The position numbers and the translations under genes were made by a program. Shown piece by piece: positions 26,362-36,858 of a DNA stretch of 64,000 nucleotides (the stretch's first letter is position 1; the number at the start of each line of letters is the position of its first letter). The notes beneath the pieces are model-generated. The model saw only the letters and a list, made by a program, of their open reading frames with translations. It was not told the origin of the DNA and did no database searches. The DNA is from an uncultured Christensenella sp. (GTDB lineage Bacteria > Bacillota > Clostridia > Christensenellales > UBA1242). The stretch lies in NCBI GenBank assembly GCA_964434265.1, contig CAYSUK010000003.1, positions 24,021 to 88,020 of the forward strand, in the 5' to 3' direction.

Positions 26362-28669
26362 TATGTTTTACTCTATCCCTCACTTCTGCTCGTTTTGCAT
26401 TGTTGAAGCGGTCAAGTGTTCCTACTAGATAACCTGTGATACGTCTGATACGTTCGACATGATATCCGTTTTCACCTTCGACACTTCCACATTTTGGACA
26501 CGATGCACCAATAATTCCGTTATAACCACATACTGGACAGCGGTCTACTGGGTGGTTTATACTGCCATAACCTATGCCCGCTTCTTTCATGTGTCTTACG
26601 ATTTTTTCAAATGCTTCGACATTGTTTGTAGTGTCGCCATCAAGTTCGACATAACTTATATGCCCCGCATTTGTCATAGCATGATATGGTGCTTCGATAT
26701 CAATTTTCTTTATTGCTGATAATTTGTAGTATACTGGCACATGGAAACTATTTGTGTAGTATTCTTTATCGGTTACACCTTTGATTGTGCCAAATTTTTT
26801 CTTGTCTATACGGACAAATCTTCCACTAAGACCTTCAGCTGGAGTCGCAAGTAAAGTAAAGTTTAGACCTGTCTCTTCGCTCTTATGGTCAAGATAGTCA
26901 CGCATATATTGTATTATTTCTAATCCAAGTTTTTGAGCCTCTTCGCTCTCACCATGGTGTTTGCCAGTAAGTGCGATAAGCGTCTCGGCAAGTCCTATAA
27001 ATCCGACTGATAGACTGCCGTGTTTTAGTATGTCACCCACTTCGTCATTCCAACCAAGTTTGTCACTATCAATCCATACTCCTTGTCCCATAAGGAATGG
27101 ATAGTTTTTGACCTTCTTCTTCATTTGGATTGCAAGACGGTCAAGAAGTTGGTTGCATACAAGTTCCATTCTGTCAGTAAGGTCACGATAAAATTTGTTT
27201 ATATCGCCCTTAGCGGTAATTCCAAGTCGTGGAAGGTTTATCGATGTAAAACTCAAATTTCCCCTACCATAACTTATCTCTCTAGATTTGTCATATACAT
27301 TACCCATAACACGTGTACGGCAGCCCATATAACATATCTCTGTCTCTGGATGACCTGGTTTGTAGTATTGTAGATTGTATGGTGCGTCGATAAATGAGAA
27401 ATTTGGGAATAGTCGCTTTGCACTCACTCTACAAGCCAAGTGGAATAAGTCGTAGTTTGGGTCAGTCTCATTAAAGTTTATGCCTTCTTTAACACGGAAG
27501 ATATGGATTGGGAATATTGGGGTTTCGCCCGAACCTAATCCTGCTTCTTGTGCTAGAAGTACGTTTTTGATAATCATACGACCTTCTGTCGATGTATCAG
27601 TTCCGTAGTTTATGGACGAGAATGGCACTTGTGCACCAGCACGTGAATGCATAGTGTTTAGGTTATGTATAAGCGCTTCCATTGCTTGATAAGTCGCTTT
27701 ATCTGTTTCTTTATAAGCATCTTTTACTGCAAATGCTTTTACGCGAGCAAATGTAGCATCATCAAGTTCTTTAAATTCTTTTCTTTCTGCTTCGTTGTAT
27801 TTTGCATTGTCGTCAAGATGTGCAAATAGTCCGCATGCCTTTTCGATTTTTGCAAAACGCTCTTTCATGGCACTATCTTCGACTTCGCTATTAGTGATAA
27901 GATTGTAAGCCTTTGCAAAGTTTGAAACATATAATTTTTTGTATGTTTTAATGACACCTGGTGCTAGACCATAATCAAAGTTTGGAATACTTTGACCGCC
28001 GTGTTGGTCATTTTGATTGGCTTGGATAGCAATACATGTAAGCGCTGCATAACTGCGAATGTCGTTTGGCTCACGCAAATAACCATGACCAGTCGAAAAT
28101 CCGTCCTTAAATAGTTTTAATATGTCTATTTGACAGCAAGTCTCAGTAAGTGTGTAAAAGTCAAAATCGTGTATATGAATGTCGCCATCACGAAATGCTC
28201 GGCTTTGTTCGGGTTTTAGAATGTATTTGTCAAAATAATCCTTTGCACCTTCGCTTCCAAATTTGAGCATGATACCCATGGCTGTGTTTCCGTCAATGTT
28301 TGCATTTTCACGTTTGACATCACTGTTTTTACTATCCGAATTGTTTATCTCATCATATAGTTTCATAAGTCGGCTATTTTTTTCACGTTCGCGATTACGT
28401 TCCTCACGATAAACAATATATGCACGCGCAACATCTTCAAAACCGTTTTTCATCAAAACTTTCTCGACTACATCTTGGATTTGCTCAACCGATGGATTTT
28501 CATCACCATAGATATTGATAAGCTCAGCCTCAGTAAGCTTTGCAAGTCCTGCACTTGCCGAACTCGCTTCTTCATCAGTAGCATTCATGGCTTTCAAAAT
28601 CGCATGCTCAATTTTATTGATATCATAATTTACTACTCTTCCATCTCTCTTGACTATCTTTTTAAACAT
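26354..28669 (-). CDS. nrdD: anaerobic ribonucleoside-triphosphate reductase (class III)
   Basis: N-terminal ATP-cone (MFKKIVKRDGRVVNYDINKIEHAI), C-terminal Zn ribbon CPVCG...CPKCG and glycyl-radical loop RRITGYLVG. ATG 28669 has RBS AGGAG. The track start at 28732 would cover the NrdR boxes. Confidence 0.95.
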   Translation of the reverse strand: MFKKIVKRDGRVVNYDINKIEHAILKAMNATDEEASSASAGLAKLTEAELINIYGDENPSVEQIQDVVEKVLMKNGFEDVARAYIVYREERNREREKNSRLMKLYDEINNSDSKNSDVKRENANIDGNTAMGIMLKFGSEGAKDYFDKYILKPEQSRAFRDGDIHIHDFDFYTLTETCCQIDILKLFKDGFSTGHGYLREPNDIRSYAALTCIAIQANQNDQHGGQSIPNFDYGLAPGVIKTYKKLYVSNFAKAYNLITNSEVEDSAMKERFAKIEKACGLFAHLDDNAKYNEAERKEFKELDDATFARVKAFAVKDAYKETDKATYQAMEALIHNLNTMHSRAGAQVPFSSINYGTDTSTEGRMIIKNVLLAQEAGLGSGETPIFPIHIFRVKEGINFNETDPNYDLFHLACRVSAKRLFPNFSFIDAPYNLQYYKPGHPETEICYMGCRTRVMGNVYDKSREISYGRGNLSFTSINLPRLGITAKGDINKFYRDLTDRMELVCNQLLDRLAIQMKKKVKNYPFLMGQGVWIDSDKLGWNDEVGDILKHGSLSVGFIGLAETLIALTGKHHGESEEAQKLGLEIIQYMRDYLDHKSEETGLNFTLLATPAEGLSGRFVRIDKKKFGTIKGVTDKEYYTNSFHVPVYYKLSAIKKIDIEAPYHAMTNAGHISYVELDGDTTNNVEAFEKIVRHMKEAGIGYGSINHPVDRCPVCGYNGIIGASCPKCGSVEGENGYHVERIRRITGYLVGTLDRFNNAKRAEVRDRVKHNV

Positions 28670-28692
28670 ATTGTACTCCTTAGTTGTGATAG

Positions 28693-28740
28693 ACACAATA
28701 TATTGTGGTATATGTTTCACAAAACCACACATCTTGTGTT
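28693..28740 (-). promoter_or_regulatory. tandem NrdR boxes upstream of nrdD
   Basis: Read on the minus strand: AACACAAGATGTGTGG, 16 nt, then CCACAATATATTGTGT. These match the 16-bp NrdR palindrome acaCwAtATaTwGtgt. Centres are 32 bp apart. The proximal box ends 23 nt before the ATG. Confidence 0.7.
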
Positions 28741-29249
28741 TGCTGTTTTAAGAATACTCCAAGTCGAGATTAAAGTCAACCAATTTTATAGCCCTAAAAA
28801 AACAAATATTTATGCAAAAATGGCACGATATTTTGCATAAAAATACAAACAAATTTAAACGACCAACTATGAAAAAACCAATCATATCAACAAATAAAAA
28901 AGCAACCAACAAAACAGCAAATTTCAGCAAACTACCACTTGGTTTTTAAAAGTCACAAAGACTTTGCAAATAACTAACCACTTTTTGTCAAAAACTACAT
29001 GATGTGTTTTTTGAGTGTTTTTATCCAACAGCTAATTCGACTTTAGATATGCGACAAAACTGCTTTTGAATAAATATAATTTGACAAGAAAATTTTGGCA
29101 AAAATTGTCGTAAATTTTTTATAAAATTTTTCACATTTTTTGATAAGTAGTTTATCTTTTAAAAGTAAAAAATCATCATTTTCCACAACACAACACATAA
29201 TGTTTCACAAAAAAGTACCTCTAATCATATGCAAAATATTGAGGTAAAT

Positions 29250-30314
29250 ATGAATATAAGTGTATGTATGATAGTTAAAAATGAAGAAGAAGTACTGGAG
29301 CGGATATTGTTGCAAGCGAAAAAATTTGCCGACGAAATAGTGATTGTCGATACGGGTTCGACCGACAACACTAAAAATATTGCACTCAAATATACCGACC
29401 GAGTATTTGATTTTAAGTGGTGCGACGACTTTGCGCGTGCACGAAACTTTTCCTTTTCAAAGGCAACTTACGAATACATAATGTGGCTTGATGCTGACGA
29501 TTATATAGACGATATAGATATACAAAAGATACTAGATTTAAAAGCAAGTGACAACAAATACGACATATACATGTGCAAATATGCCACAGCATTTGACAAC
29601 AATCAAAATCCAACATTTGAATACTATCGTGAGCGAATAGTAAAAAACTCACCACGTTTTCGTTGGCATGGTTTTGTCCACGAATGTATCGGACTAGGCG
29701 GTAAAATATCATACACCGATATTGTTGTAAAACACAAAAAAGTCAAACCCACACCTAAAGGCCGAAATCTTGATATATACAAAAAACATCTTGCAAAAGG
29801 TCATCATCTAAACACCCGAGAGACTTTTTATTATGCTCGCGAGTTGTATTTCAACGACCTTTTAACTGAAAGCAAAATAGAGTTTGAAAAGTTTTTACAA
29901 ATGCCAAACGGATATATTCCAAACATTATTGATGCACATCTCATGCTTGCAAGGATATTTTTGCAAAGTGACGATTACACAAGTGCCAAAAACACACTCA
30001 TCGACAGCATGAAAATATCTCCACCGACAAGCCAAATATGTTGTGTGCTAGGATATATCGCTGAGCAAAACCACGACACCAACAGTGCGATATTTTGGTA
30101 CAAGTGTGCCACACTAAATCCACCCGACCTTAAAAGCGGAGCATTTGTCGAACGAGATTATTCGGACTTTATTCCGTATGTATCGCTGAGTGTATTGTAT
30201 TACAAAACAGGCGACCACGACATGTTTTGTCACTATCATAGTCTTGCAAAAACATTAAAGCCAGATGACCCAATCATACTTCAAAACGAAAAATACACCA
30301 CAAAAAAAGTTTAG
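29250..30314 (+). CDS. family 2 glycosyltransferase with C-terminal TPR-like region
   Basis: ISVCMIVKNEEEVLERIL...EIVIVDTGSTDNT...WLDADD is a GT-A/GT2 signature. ATG 29250 has GAGG 5 nt upstream. The alternative ATG at 29229 has no SD. Confidence 0.8.
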   Translation: MNISVCMIVKNEEEVLERILLQAKKFADEIVIVDTGSTDNTKNIALKYTDRVFDFKWCDDFARARNFSFSKATYEYIMWLDADDYIDDIDIQKILDLKASDNKYDIYMCKYATAFDNNQNPTFEYYRERIVKNSPRFRWHGFVHECIGLGGKISYTDIVVKHKKVKPTPKGRNLDIYKKHLAKGHHLNTRETFYYARELYFNDLLTESKIEFEKFLQMPNGYIPNIIDAHLMLARIFLQSDDYTSAKNTLIDSMKISPPTSQICCVLGYIAEQNHDTNSAIFWYKCATLNPPDLKSGAFVERDYSDFIPYVSLSVLYYKTGDHDMFCHYHSLAKTLKPDDPIILQNEKYTTKKV

Positions 30315-30334
30315 GCACGACCTAAACTTTTTTT
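30302..30334. terminator. bidirectional terminator between the GT2 gene and dut
   Basis: 10-bp stem AAAGTTTAGG/CCTAAACTTT with a 5-nt loop, flanked by A and T runs. Confidence 0.75.
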
Positions 30335-30336
30335 AG

Positions 30337-30789
30337 TTATTTATTTGTACTGCCAAATCCACCTTTTCTTACAGTTGTGATTTCGGCTTCATTGTCGACA
30401 GTAAGGAAATTAAAGAAAAATCCCTGACCAATCTTGTCACCCGCATGTATTACATATTCGTTTTCCGATATATTATGCAACATAAAACCAAGGTTTCCGT
30501 CATTTGATTCATTGCCATAATAATCGCATTCGATAATTCCAATGCCGTTTGCGAGTATAACACCACGTTTTCCCATTCCGCTAGTAACAGCAAGTATTAG
30601 TCCTTCGTTTTCATTAAAACATGCTTTTACGTTTGTGAAAATAAGTTTGGTTTCGTTTGGTGCAATTACTGCATTAATCGGGCTATAAAAATCATATCCG
30701 ACCGAATTTTTTGTTGCTCTAATTGGAAGTTTGATATCAGTTACTTCGTATTTTATTGCATCGTCTCTTACTCTTTCAAATTGTCTCAT
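30337..30789 (-). CDS. dut: dUTP diphosphatase
   Basis: 150 aa with the trimeric dUTPase motifs GYDFYSP, GIIECDYYG, GDKIGQGFF and RKGGFGSTNK. Confidence 0.85.
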   Translation of the reverse strand: MRQFERVRDDAIKYEVTDIKLPIRATKNSVGYDFYSPINAVIAPNETKLIFTNVKACFNENEGLILAVTSGMGKRGVILANGIGIIECDYYGNESNDGNLGFMLHNISENEYVIHAGDKIGQGFFFNFLTVDNEAEITTVRKGGFGSTNK

Positions 30790-30806
30790 GATTTTTCTCC
30801 TAATAT

Positions 30807-32972
30807 TTATTTTGTTTCGTCTTCTGGTGGACAGTCTTTAATTGTAAGCGAAATACGTTTTTTCTCAACATCTACGTCAAGGACTTTCACCCTTACATGG
30901 TCGCCTACTTTTAATACTTCGCTTGGGTGTTTGATATATTCTTTACAGATTTGAGATATATGCACAAGTCCGTCTTGGTGAACAGATATATCTACAAACA
31001 CACCAAAGTCTACGACATTACGCACAATTCCATCTACTATCATGCCTGGTTTTAAGTTTTCGATACCAAGTAGTTCGCTTTTAAGTACTGGCTTTGGAAG
31101 GTCGTCACGAATATCGCGACCTGGTTTTACAAGTTCTTTTATCATATCTTCAAGTGTCGGAACACCGATATTTATCGCACTTGCAACTTTCTCGATACCT
31201 GCCTTTTCAACCATCTTTGGAAGCAAGGTCAAGTTTCCATTTTTCACATCAGCTTTTGTAACACCAAAATATGTCAAAAGTCTTTGAACTGCTGGATAAC
31301 TCTCTGGGTGAACCCCTGTATTGTCAAGCACGTTGTCTCCGCCTGGGATACGTAAAAATCCTGCACATTGTTCGTATGCCTTTGCACCTAGTTTTGGTAC
31401 TTTTTTAAGTTCTTCACGAGTCTTTATAATGCCATTTTCTTGGCGATACTTCTCTATATTTGATGCAACACCAGAGTTTAGACCAGATACATAAGTAAGT
31501 AGTGCTGGGCTTGCAGTATTTACATCGACACCGACACTGTTTACACAGTCTTCTACCACACCTTCTAGCACTTCTGTAAGTCTATTTTGTGGCATGTCGT
31601 GTTGGTATTGACCGACACCAATAGATTTAACATCAATTTTTATAAGCTCGGCTAGTGGGTCTTGAAGTCGACGTGCAATAGACACTGCACTTCTTTGGGT
31701 TACGTCAAAGTCAGGAAACTCTTTTTGTCCCGCCTTGCTGGCACTGTACACAGATGCTCCCGCTTCGTTTACGACAGCATAACTTACTTTACGATGAAGT
31801 TTTGGAATAAGATTTGCCACAAATATCTCGCTTTCTTTTGTTGCAGTTCCATTCCCTATTGATATTACATCAACACTATACTTATCTACAAAGTGACTTA
31901 TTTTTAGTTCGGCTTCTTCAATCTTGTTTTGTGGTGGAGTCGGATAAATGACTGTTGTGTCCAAAACATTTCCTTGCGCATCTATCACGGCTATCTTACA
32001 CCCTGTTCTATATGCTGGGTCAAGTCCAAGTATAACTTTGCCTTTTAGTGGTGGTTGCATTAATAACGGTTTGAGATTAAGTTCATATATCTTTATAGCT
32101 TGCTCATTTGCTTTATCTGTAAGGTCATTTCGTATTTCGCGTTCGATACTACTAAATATTAATCGGTCGTATGCATCTTCACTCACTTCTTTCAATAAGT
32201 CTTCAAATGGTGAGTTTTTCTTGATAAATTTTTTATGGATTTTATCAAGAGCAAGTTCTTCATTGAGTTCGATTGTGACTTTTAAGCAGTCTTCGTTTTC
32301 ACCGCGATTTATAGCAAGTATGCGGTGCGATGGAAGTTTTGTAAGTGGCGATGAAAACTCTTTGTATGTCTCGTATACATAGTTTCCTTCTTTTTCAAGT
32401 AGGCTAGTCTTCATTTCGCCCTTATTTAGTAAAAGTTCTCTAAGTTCTTTTCTAAGTTCGGCATTGTCAGATATCATCTCAGCAATAATATCTTTTGCAC
32501 CATATATCGCTTCTTCAACACTATTTACTTGTTTTTCACTATCAATATATTTTTCAGCTTCGGCACTTAGGTCAAAAGGTTTTTGCTCAACTATTTTCTC
32601 AGCAAGTGGTTTTAATCCCTTTGCGATTGCGACCGATGCACGTGTCTTACGTTTTGGTCTAAATGGTCGATATATATCTTCGACTTCAGTCATGGTGACA
32701 GCATCATCAATAGCTTTTTTGATGTCATCAGTCATATTGCCTTGTTCGTCGATGAGTTTGAATACTTCTTCTTTACGTTTTGTAATATTGCGAAGATATT
32801 TGAGCCTGTCATCAAAGAGACGCAATGTTTGGTCATCACAACTACCTGTAAGTTCTTTTCTATAACGGGCTATGAAAGGGATTGTACAACCTTCATCTAA
32901 AAGATTGACAATGTTTTGTGCGTGATTTAGGGTAATGCCCAATTCACTACTAATTTGTTCGAGTATTGTCAT
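30807..32972 (-). CDS. tex: Tex-like RNA-binding transcription accessory protein
   Basis: 721 aa. Tex N-terminal IARYRKELTGS, a YqgF-like middle region, HhH, and a C-terminal S1 domain (GMIVDGIVRNVVDFGVFVDISVHQDGLVHISQ). Confidence 0.9.
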   Translation of the reverse strand: MTILEQISSELGITLNHAQNIVNLLDEGCTIPFIARYRKELTGSCDDQTLRLFDDRLKYLRNITKRKEEVFKLIDEQGNMTDDIKKAIDDAVTMTEVEDIYRPFRPKRKTRASVAIAKGLKPLAEKIVEQKPFDLSAEAEKYIDSEKQVNSVEEAIYGAKDIIAEMISDNAELRKELRELLLNKGEMKTSLLEKEGNYVYETYKEFSSPLTKLPSHRILAINRGENEDCLKVTIELNEELALDKIHKKFIKKNSPFEDLLKEVSEDAYDRLIFSSIEREIRNDLTDKANEQAIKIYELNLKPLLMQPPLKGKVILGLDPAYRTGCKIAVIDAQGNVLDTTVIYPTPPQNKIEEAELKISHFVDKYSVDVISIGNGTATKESEIFVANLIPKLHRKVSYAVVNEAGASVYSASKAGQKEFPDFDVTQRSAVSIARRLQDPLAELIKIDVKSIGVGQYQHDMPQNRLTEVLEGVVEDCVNSVGVDVNTASPALLTYVSGLNSGVASNIEKYRQENGIIKTREELKKVPKLGAKAYEQCAGFLRIPGGDNVLDNTGVHPESYPAVQRLLTYFGVTKADVKNGNLTLLPKMVEKAGIEKVASAINIGVPTLEDMIKELVKPGRDIRDDLPKPVLKSELLGIENLKPGMIVDGIVRNVVDFGVFVDISVHQDGLVHISQICKEYIKHPSEVLKVGDHVRVKVLDVDVEKKRISLTIKDCPPEDETK

Positions 32973-33137
32973 TTTATTTTGTCCTTTTTAGACTACTATT
33001 TTAGTCTGAAATTATTATACCACAAATACATATAAAGACAAAACCATTATCGACAAAATTATATTTTTTCACATAATCGCCCCTTACTTTATATATAATA
33101 AAGTATAGGAAAATCCAATATACAAATAAGGTCGAAC

Positions 33138-33902
33138 ATGAAAAAATTTTTAAAGATTGTTTTAAAATTATTTATAACCCTGCTCGGAATTGCTGGACTT
33201 GTTTCGATTGTATTTTTCATACTTAAAAAAACAGGTGCACTGGACAAAATAGACGACGTGACCGACCTTAAAAACACAATTAAAAGTTATGGCATATGGA
33301 GCAGACTGTTTTTCTTTGCACTCCAATTTTTACAAGTAACTTTTATCCCACTTCCGTCGGCACTCACCACTCTTGCAGGCACAATAGTTTTTGGCCCACT
33401 CCAATCCTTTCTTATTAGTGTTGTCGCTATTTTTTTAGGATCGCTGCTTGCATTTTTTATAGGCAAAAAATTTGGCAAACCGCTAGTAAAATGGATAGTA
33501 GGTGAAGACTTTGACAAACTCGAATCCAAACTCAGCAAAGGCAAATATATGTTTTTCCTAATGCTGCTTTTCCCGCTATTCCCCGACGACACACTTTGTC
33601 TTCTCGCAGGCGCGTCAAATATGACATATCGCTTTTTCATAAACTGTGTACTAATCGCCAGACCTATATCAATATTCTGTCTGTGTTTTGTAGGCAGTGG
33701 AAGTATTGTTCCTTTTTCGGGTTGGGGTATTCCCGTGTGGATTGTTATGCTACTTAGTCTAGCATTCCTTATGATATTTTCCATCAAAAAACAAGACGAC
33801 ATTGAAAAATGGCTGAGCCGACTAAACACTAAGATAAAAATAATGCAAGACCGACGCGAAGTCAAAAAACTAGCGATAAAAAACAAAAGGAACAAAAAAT
33901 AA
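33138..33902 (+). CDS. TVP38/TMEM64 (DedA-related, VTT domain) membrane protein
   Basis: 254 aa, multi-TM. FFFALQFLQVTFIPLPSALTTLAGTIVFGP is the family signature. Confidence 0.75.
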   Translation: MKKFLKIVLKLFITLLGIAGLVSIVFFILKKTGALDKIDDVTDLKNTIKSYGIWSRLFFFALQFLQVTFIPLPSALTTLAGTIVFGPLQSFLISVVAIFLGSLLAFFIGKKFGKPLVKWIVGEDFDKLESKLSKGKYMFFLMLLFPLFPDDTLCLLAGASNMTYRFFINCVLIARPISIFCLCFVGSGSIVPFSGWGIPVWIVMLLSLAFLMIFSIKKQDDIEKWLSRLNTKIKIMQDRREVKKLAIKNKRNKK

Positions 33903-33927
33903 GACAAGCGCACTTGTCTTATTTTTT
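33894..33927. terminator. bidirectional terminator between the TVP38 and gmk-like genes
   Basis: Stem AAGACAAG/CTTGTCTT with a 4-nt loop, flanked by A/T runs. Confidence 0.7.
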
Positions 33928-34758
33928 ATAACATTCTGCTATTTTTAACCATTCGTTTTGATTTGACTCGCTATCATCAACAACGACATCTTCGTTTGTA
34001 AATTTCAAGCAAATTTTAAGTCCCAACTTTTGTGTAGCAAGATATGTATTTATATTTTTAACAATATATATTCTGCCATCTCGTGAAGTAACATACACGT
34101 CTTTTATTTTGCGACCCTTCTCGATTTTGCTTACTTCTTGTTCTATCTTTTTCTCGCTTATATCTTGGCAAGAAATTCCACAAAGAATAGGCAACTTGTT
34201 TCGACAACTATTTATCACACTCTCTACATGTCTATGTGACAAATCAAGATTTGTGTTTTGGACTAAGAAGTCGTAGAAAGGTATCATGCGATGTTCGTCG
34301 CCATATACTTTAAGACGGTTTTTGATATTCTTTCTGCTCTCGCCACGAAGTTTTAGTCTCTTTTTAAGGACCTTCTTTTTCTCCGTAACAAAAACCGAAT
34401 ACATAGGCATAGTGTCTTTTAGTAAATCGATACAATTTAGCACACCCTTTACAGTAAGGTCTTTGAGTAGTACTATTCCGTTTTCTTTTTCACAAAGTAT
34501 GCTATCTTTATCTACACCATAATAGTTTCCATTAAAGATATCATACTCAAGCATAAGCCCTTGCTTAATTTTGTCTTCAAATTCTTCTTTCGATATAAAT
34601 TTGTATTGTCCAATCTTTCTATCGCTATCACGTCTAGCACGTGTAGTGTTGCTCACTAAAAATTTGTAGTCATCTTTACTATCGACAAGTTTGTTTATGA
34701 TAGTGTTTTTCCCTGCACCACTGCTTCCAGAAATAAACACAACTATACTTTCAGCCAT
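33919..34758 (-). CDS. guanylate kinase-like protein with about 100-aa C-terminal extension
   Basis: P-loop ISGSSGAGKNT, then TTRARRDSD...GQYKFISKEEFE...MLEYDIFNGNYYGV (guanylate kinase fold). ATG 34758 follows AGGTGG. The C-terminal 100 aa are not part of canonical Gmk. Confidence 0.7.
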   Translation of the reverse strand: MAESIVVFISGSSGAGKNTIINKLVDSKDDYKFLVSNTTRARRDSDRKIGQYKFISKEEFEDKIKQGLMLEYDIFNGNYYGVDKDSILCEKENGIVLLKDLTVKGVLNCIDLLKDTMPMYSVFVTEKKKVLKKRLKLRGESRKNIKNRLKVYGDEHRMIPFYDFLVQNTNLDLSHRHVESVINSCRNKLPILCGISCQDISEKKIEQEVSKIEKGRKIKDVYVTSRDGRIYIVKNINTYLATQKLGLKICLKFTNEDVVVDDSESNQNEWLKIAECYKK

Positions 34759-34846
34759 ATTATCCACCTTTTTTTAGTAGAAACATTATACCCTACTTTT
34801 CATTTTGTCACAAACGTTTTGTACACTTTTTGACAAAAAATGACAT

Positions 34847-35665
34847 TTACATTTGATTTTCTGTTGGTTTTTGAAGATATTGTTTGTATTTTCCGTCCCA
34901 GTCCACTTCAAAATCGTGCTTATATTTGTTTACATATTTTTCAAGGTTTGATTTAAACTTTCGTGTGCCTTCATTTGTTATGCTATTTATATGCGTCTCA
35001 TAATTTTCACGATTAAAGTCTATAAGTTTTGATTTGTTTGTAATATCTTCTTCGCTATATTCTGGTACATAATTTTTGTGACACTCTTCTATCATCTTTA
35101 TAAGTTGTTTGTTTGATTTTTTCAATAATTTTTTAAAGTCAACACTTGGGTCGTTTTCTTGTACAGCTAAAGCCAAGTCATATTTCTCTGCTGACACACC
35201 ATGACTGCTTGCTTTTTTAAAGTTTTGCAAATCTTCTGGCCCTTCAATTACACAACCATATATATTGTTTTTTACAAAAAAGCCATTTATATGTTTGACT
35301 ATGTGTGTTTCCATGCCTTGGTTTAGTCCCGATAGCACTGTCGCTTTGACACAGTTTTTGCCTTCACTACTAAGGTCTAAAAATCCACACTCTGCCGATA
35401 GTGTAAGTATTCGTTCGACGACTTCACATGCCTTTTGTCCCACCAAATCTTCGTTTGTGAGAAGTATCCGCCCTTCATCATTTAGCGGTCTAATATATTT
35501 TACCTTTTCCTTTCCGTCGACAAGCATCTCTATCTTTGGATTTATCTCGATGCAGATATAATGTGTTTTGCCAGCCCGTGTCCCAAACAATATCGCCATC
35601 AGTCCACCACTTAAAAACACAACCACCACAAGTACAATAATTGCAATTTGTCCACCTTTACTCAT
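34847..35665 (-). CDS. single-pass membrane protein with RsgI-like extracytoplasmic segment
   Basis: TM IAIIVLVVVVFLSGGLMAILF is followed by YICIEINPKIEMLVDGKEKVKYIRPLNDEGRILL. This resembles the post-TM region of RsgI-type anti-sigma factors, but no N-terminal anti-sigma domain is present. RBS AGAGGTG before ATG 35665. Confidence 0.45.
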   Translation of the reverse strand: MSKGGQIAIIVLVVVVFLSGGLMAILFGTRAGKTHYICIEINPKIEMLVDGKEKVKYIRPLNDEGRILLTNEDLVGQKACEVVERILTLSAECGFLDLSSEGKNCVKATVLSGLNQGMETHIVKHINGFFVKNNIYGCVIEGPEDLQNFKKASSHGVSAEKYDLALAVQENDPSVDFKKLLKKSNKQLIKMIEECHKNYVPEYSEEDITNKSKLIDFNRENYETHINSITNEGTRKFKSNLEKYVNKYKHDFEVDWDGKYKQYLQKPTENQM

Positions 35666-35809
35666 AATCACACCTCTTTTATGTTAGTGTGCATAATTTT
35701 AATATATTTATGTGTAATGTGTTTTAAATAATGTACACACTAATTATGTAAGTTGCATAAAATAGTTGTGGAAAAAAAATATTTTGTGTACAATATGGTC
35801 GAGGTAAAT

Positions 35810-36781
35810 ATGGCAGGAAAATTTTTAAACATCAAAATACTTAATAAAAAAATAAAAGACAATACTGAAAAACTTATACTTGACACTGAAAGTGCCTATC
35901 GCGGCCAACTTTTTAAAGTTGCGGACACAATACTTGATAAAGGCGACATACAAGTAGTGCTACTTGCTGGACCTAGCTGTGCTGGCAAAACAACTTCAGC
36001 GCGACTACTCAAAGAATGTTTTGAAAAACGTGGCAAAGATGTCGTAACAATAAGCATGGACGACTTTTTTATCGACCGAGACAAAACACCATTTTTGCCA
36101 AACGGTCTTAGAGATTTGGACTCGCCAAAAAGTGTAAACATTGAGCTTATGGAAGAATGTTTTAAGTCATTTTGGACAGGCAAAACAACTACCTTCCCTA
36201 TATACGATTTCATTACAGGCACCAGTGCAAATAGTAATTTCAAACTCACCAAAAAGTCAAACACAATAGTTATATTTGAAGGACTTCACACTCTAAACCC
36301 AGTACTATATGACCATCTTGGCACCGATAAATACTTTAAGATATATGTAAACACGCTTACAGGTTTTTCAAATGGCGAAGAAAAAATGTCAGCTCGCGAA
36401 CTAAGACTACTAAGACGAATGATACGCGATGTTGACAGACGTGAGTTGTCGCCACAAACGACACTCAAAAACTGGCCAGCCGTATGTGATGCGGAAGATA
36501 AGTACATTACACCTTTTGCAAACAATGCTGACATTTTCATCGACACAACACACGACTTCGAACTAGGAATATACAAAGAAGCATTTGAAAATTTAATCAA
36601 ACGTAAAAAAGTCACTCCAAATGAATATGTTCGTTACAACGTACTAAGTGCAAGTAGTGAAGTCGACAGAGCTGACCTTCCAAAAAGTTCGCTCATGTGG
36701 GAATTTGTAGACCCACCAAAACAAAAGAAAAAACCACGTGCTATCACGCCAAAACCACGCAAATCACTTCGCAACGAATAA
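35810..36781 (+). CDS. uridine kinase / phosphoribulokinase-family nucleoside kinase-like protein
   Basis: P-loop LLAGPSCAGKTT, PIYDFITG and IVIFEGLHTLNP. Basic C-terminal tail. ATG 35810 has GAGG 5 nt upstream. Confidence 0.7.
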   Translation: MAGKFLNIKILNKKIKDNTEKLILDTESAYRGQLFKVADTILDKGDIQVVLLAGPSCAGKTTSARLLKECFEKRGKDVVTISMDDFFIDRDKTPFLPNGLRDLDSPKSVNIELMEECFKSFWTGKTTTFPIYDFITGTSANSNFKLTKKSNTIVIFEGLHTLNPVLYDHLGTDKYFKIYVNTLTGFSNGEEKMSARELRLLRRMIRDVDRRELSPQTTLKNWPAVCDAEDKYITPFANNADIFIDTTHDFELGIYKEAFENLIKRKKVTPNEYVRYNVLSASSEVDRADLPKSSLMWEFVDPPKQKKKPRAITPKPRKSLRNE

Positions 36782-36858
36782 TTTGGACACAAAAAAACAA
36801 CCAACCAATACGAAGAATATCATATAACATTCTCTTCAAAATGGTTAGTTGTTTTTTA

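Noticed and set aside
28821-28836. Sigma-54-like TGGCACgatatTTTGCA upstream of the glycosyltransferase gene.
   Set aside because: The GG-to-GC spacing is one base too long. The site lies about 400 nt from the nearest start, and no enhancer-binding protein gene is nearby.
28748-28930. 60-aa hydrophobic ORF (-) and a 47-codon K-rich ORF (+, from 28813) in the 480-bp nrdD/GT2 intergenic region.
   Set aside because: Neither has an RBS. The composition matches an AT-rich spacer, although the spacer is unusually long.
29030-29200. DnaA-box-like words (TTATCCAAC, TTTTCCACA).
   Set aside because: There are only two imperfect boxes, with no cluster, no DUE and no dnaA/dnaN context. This is not an origin.
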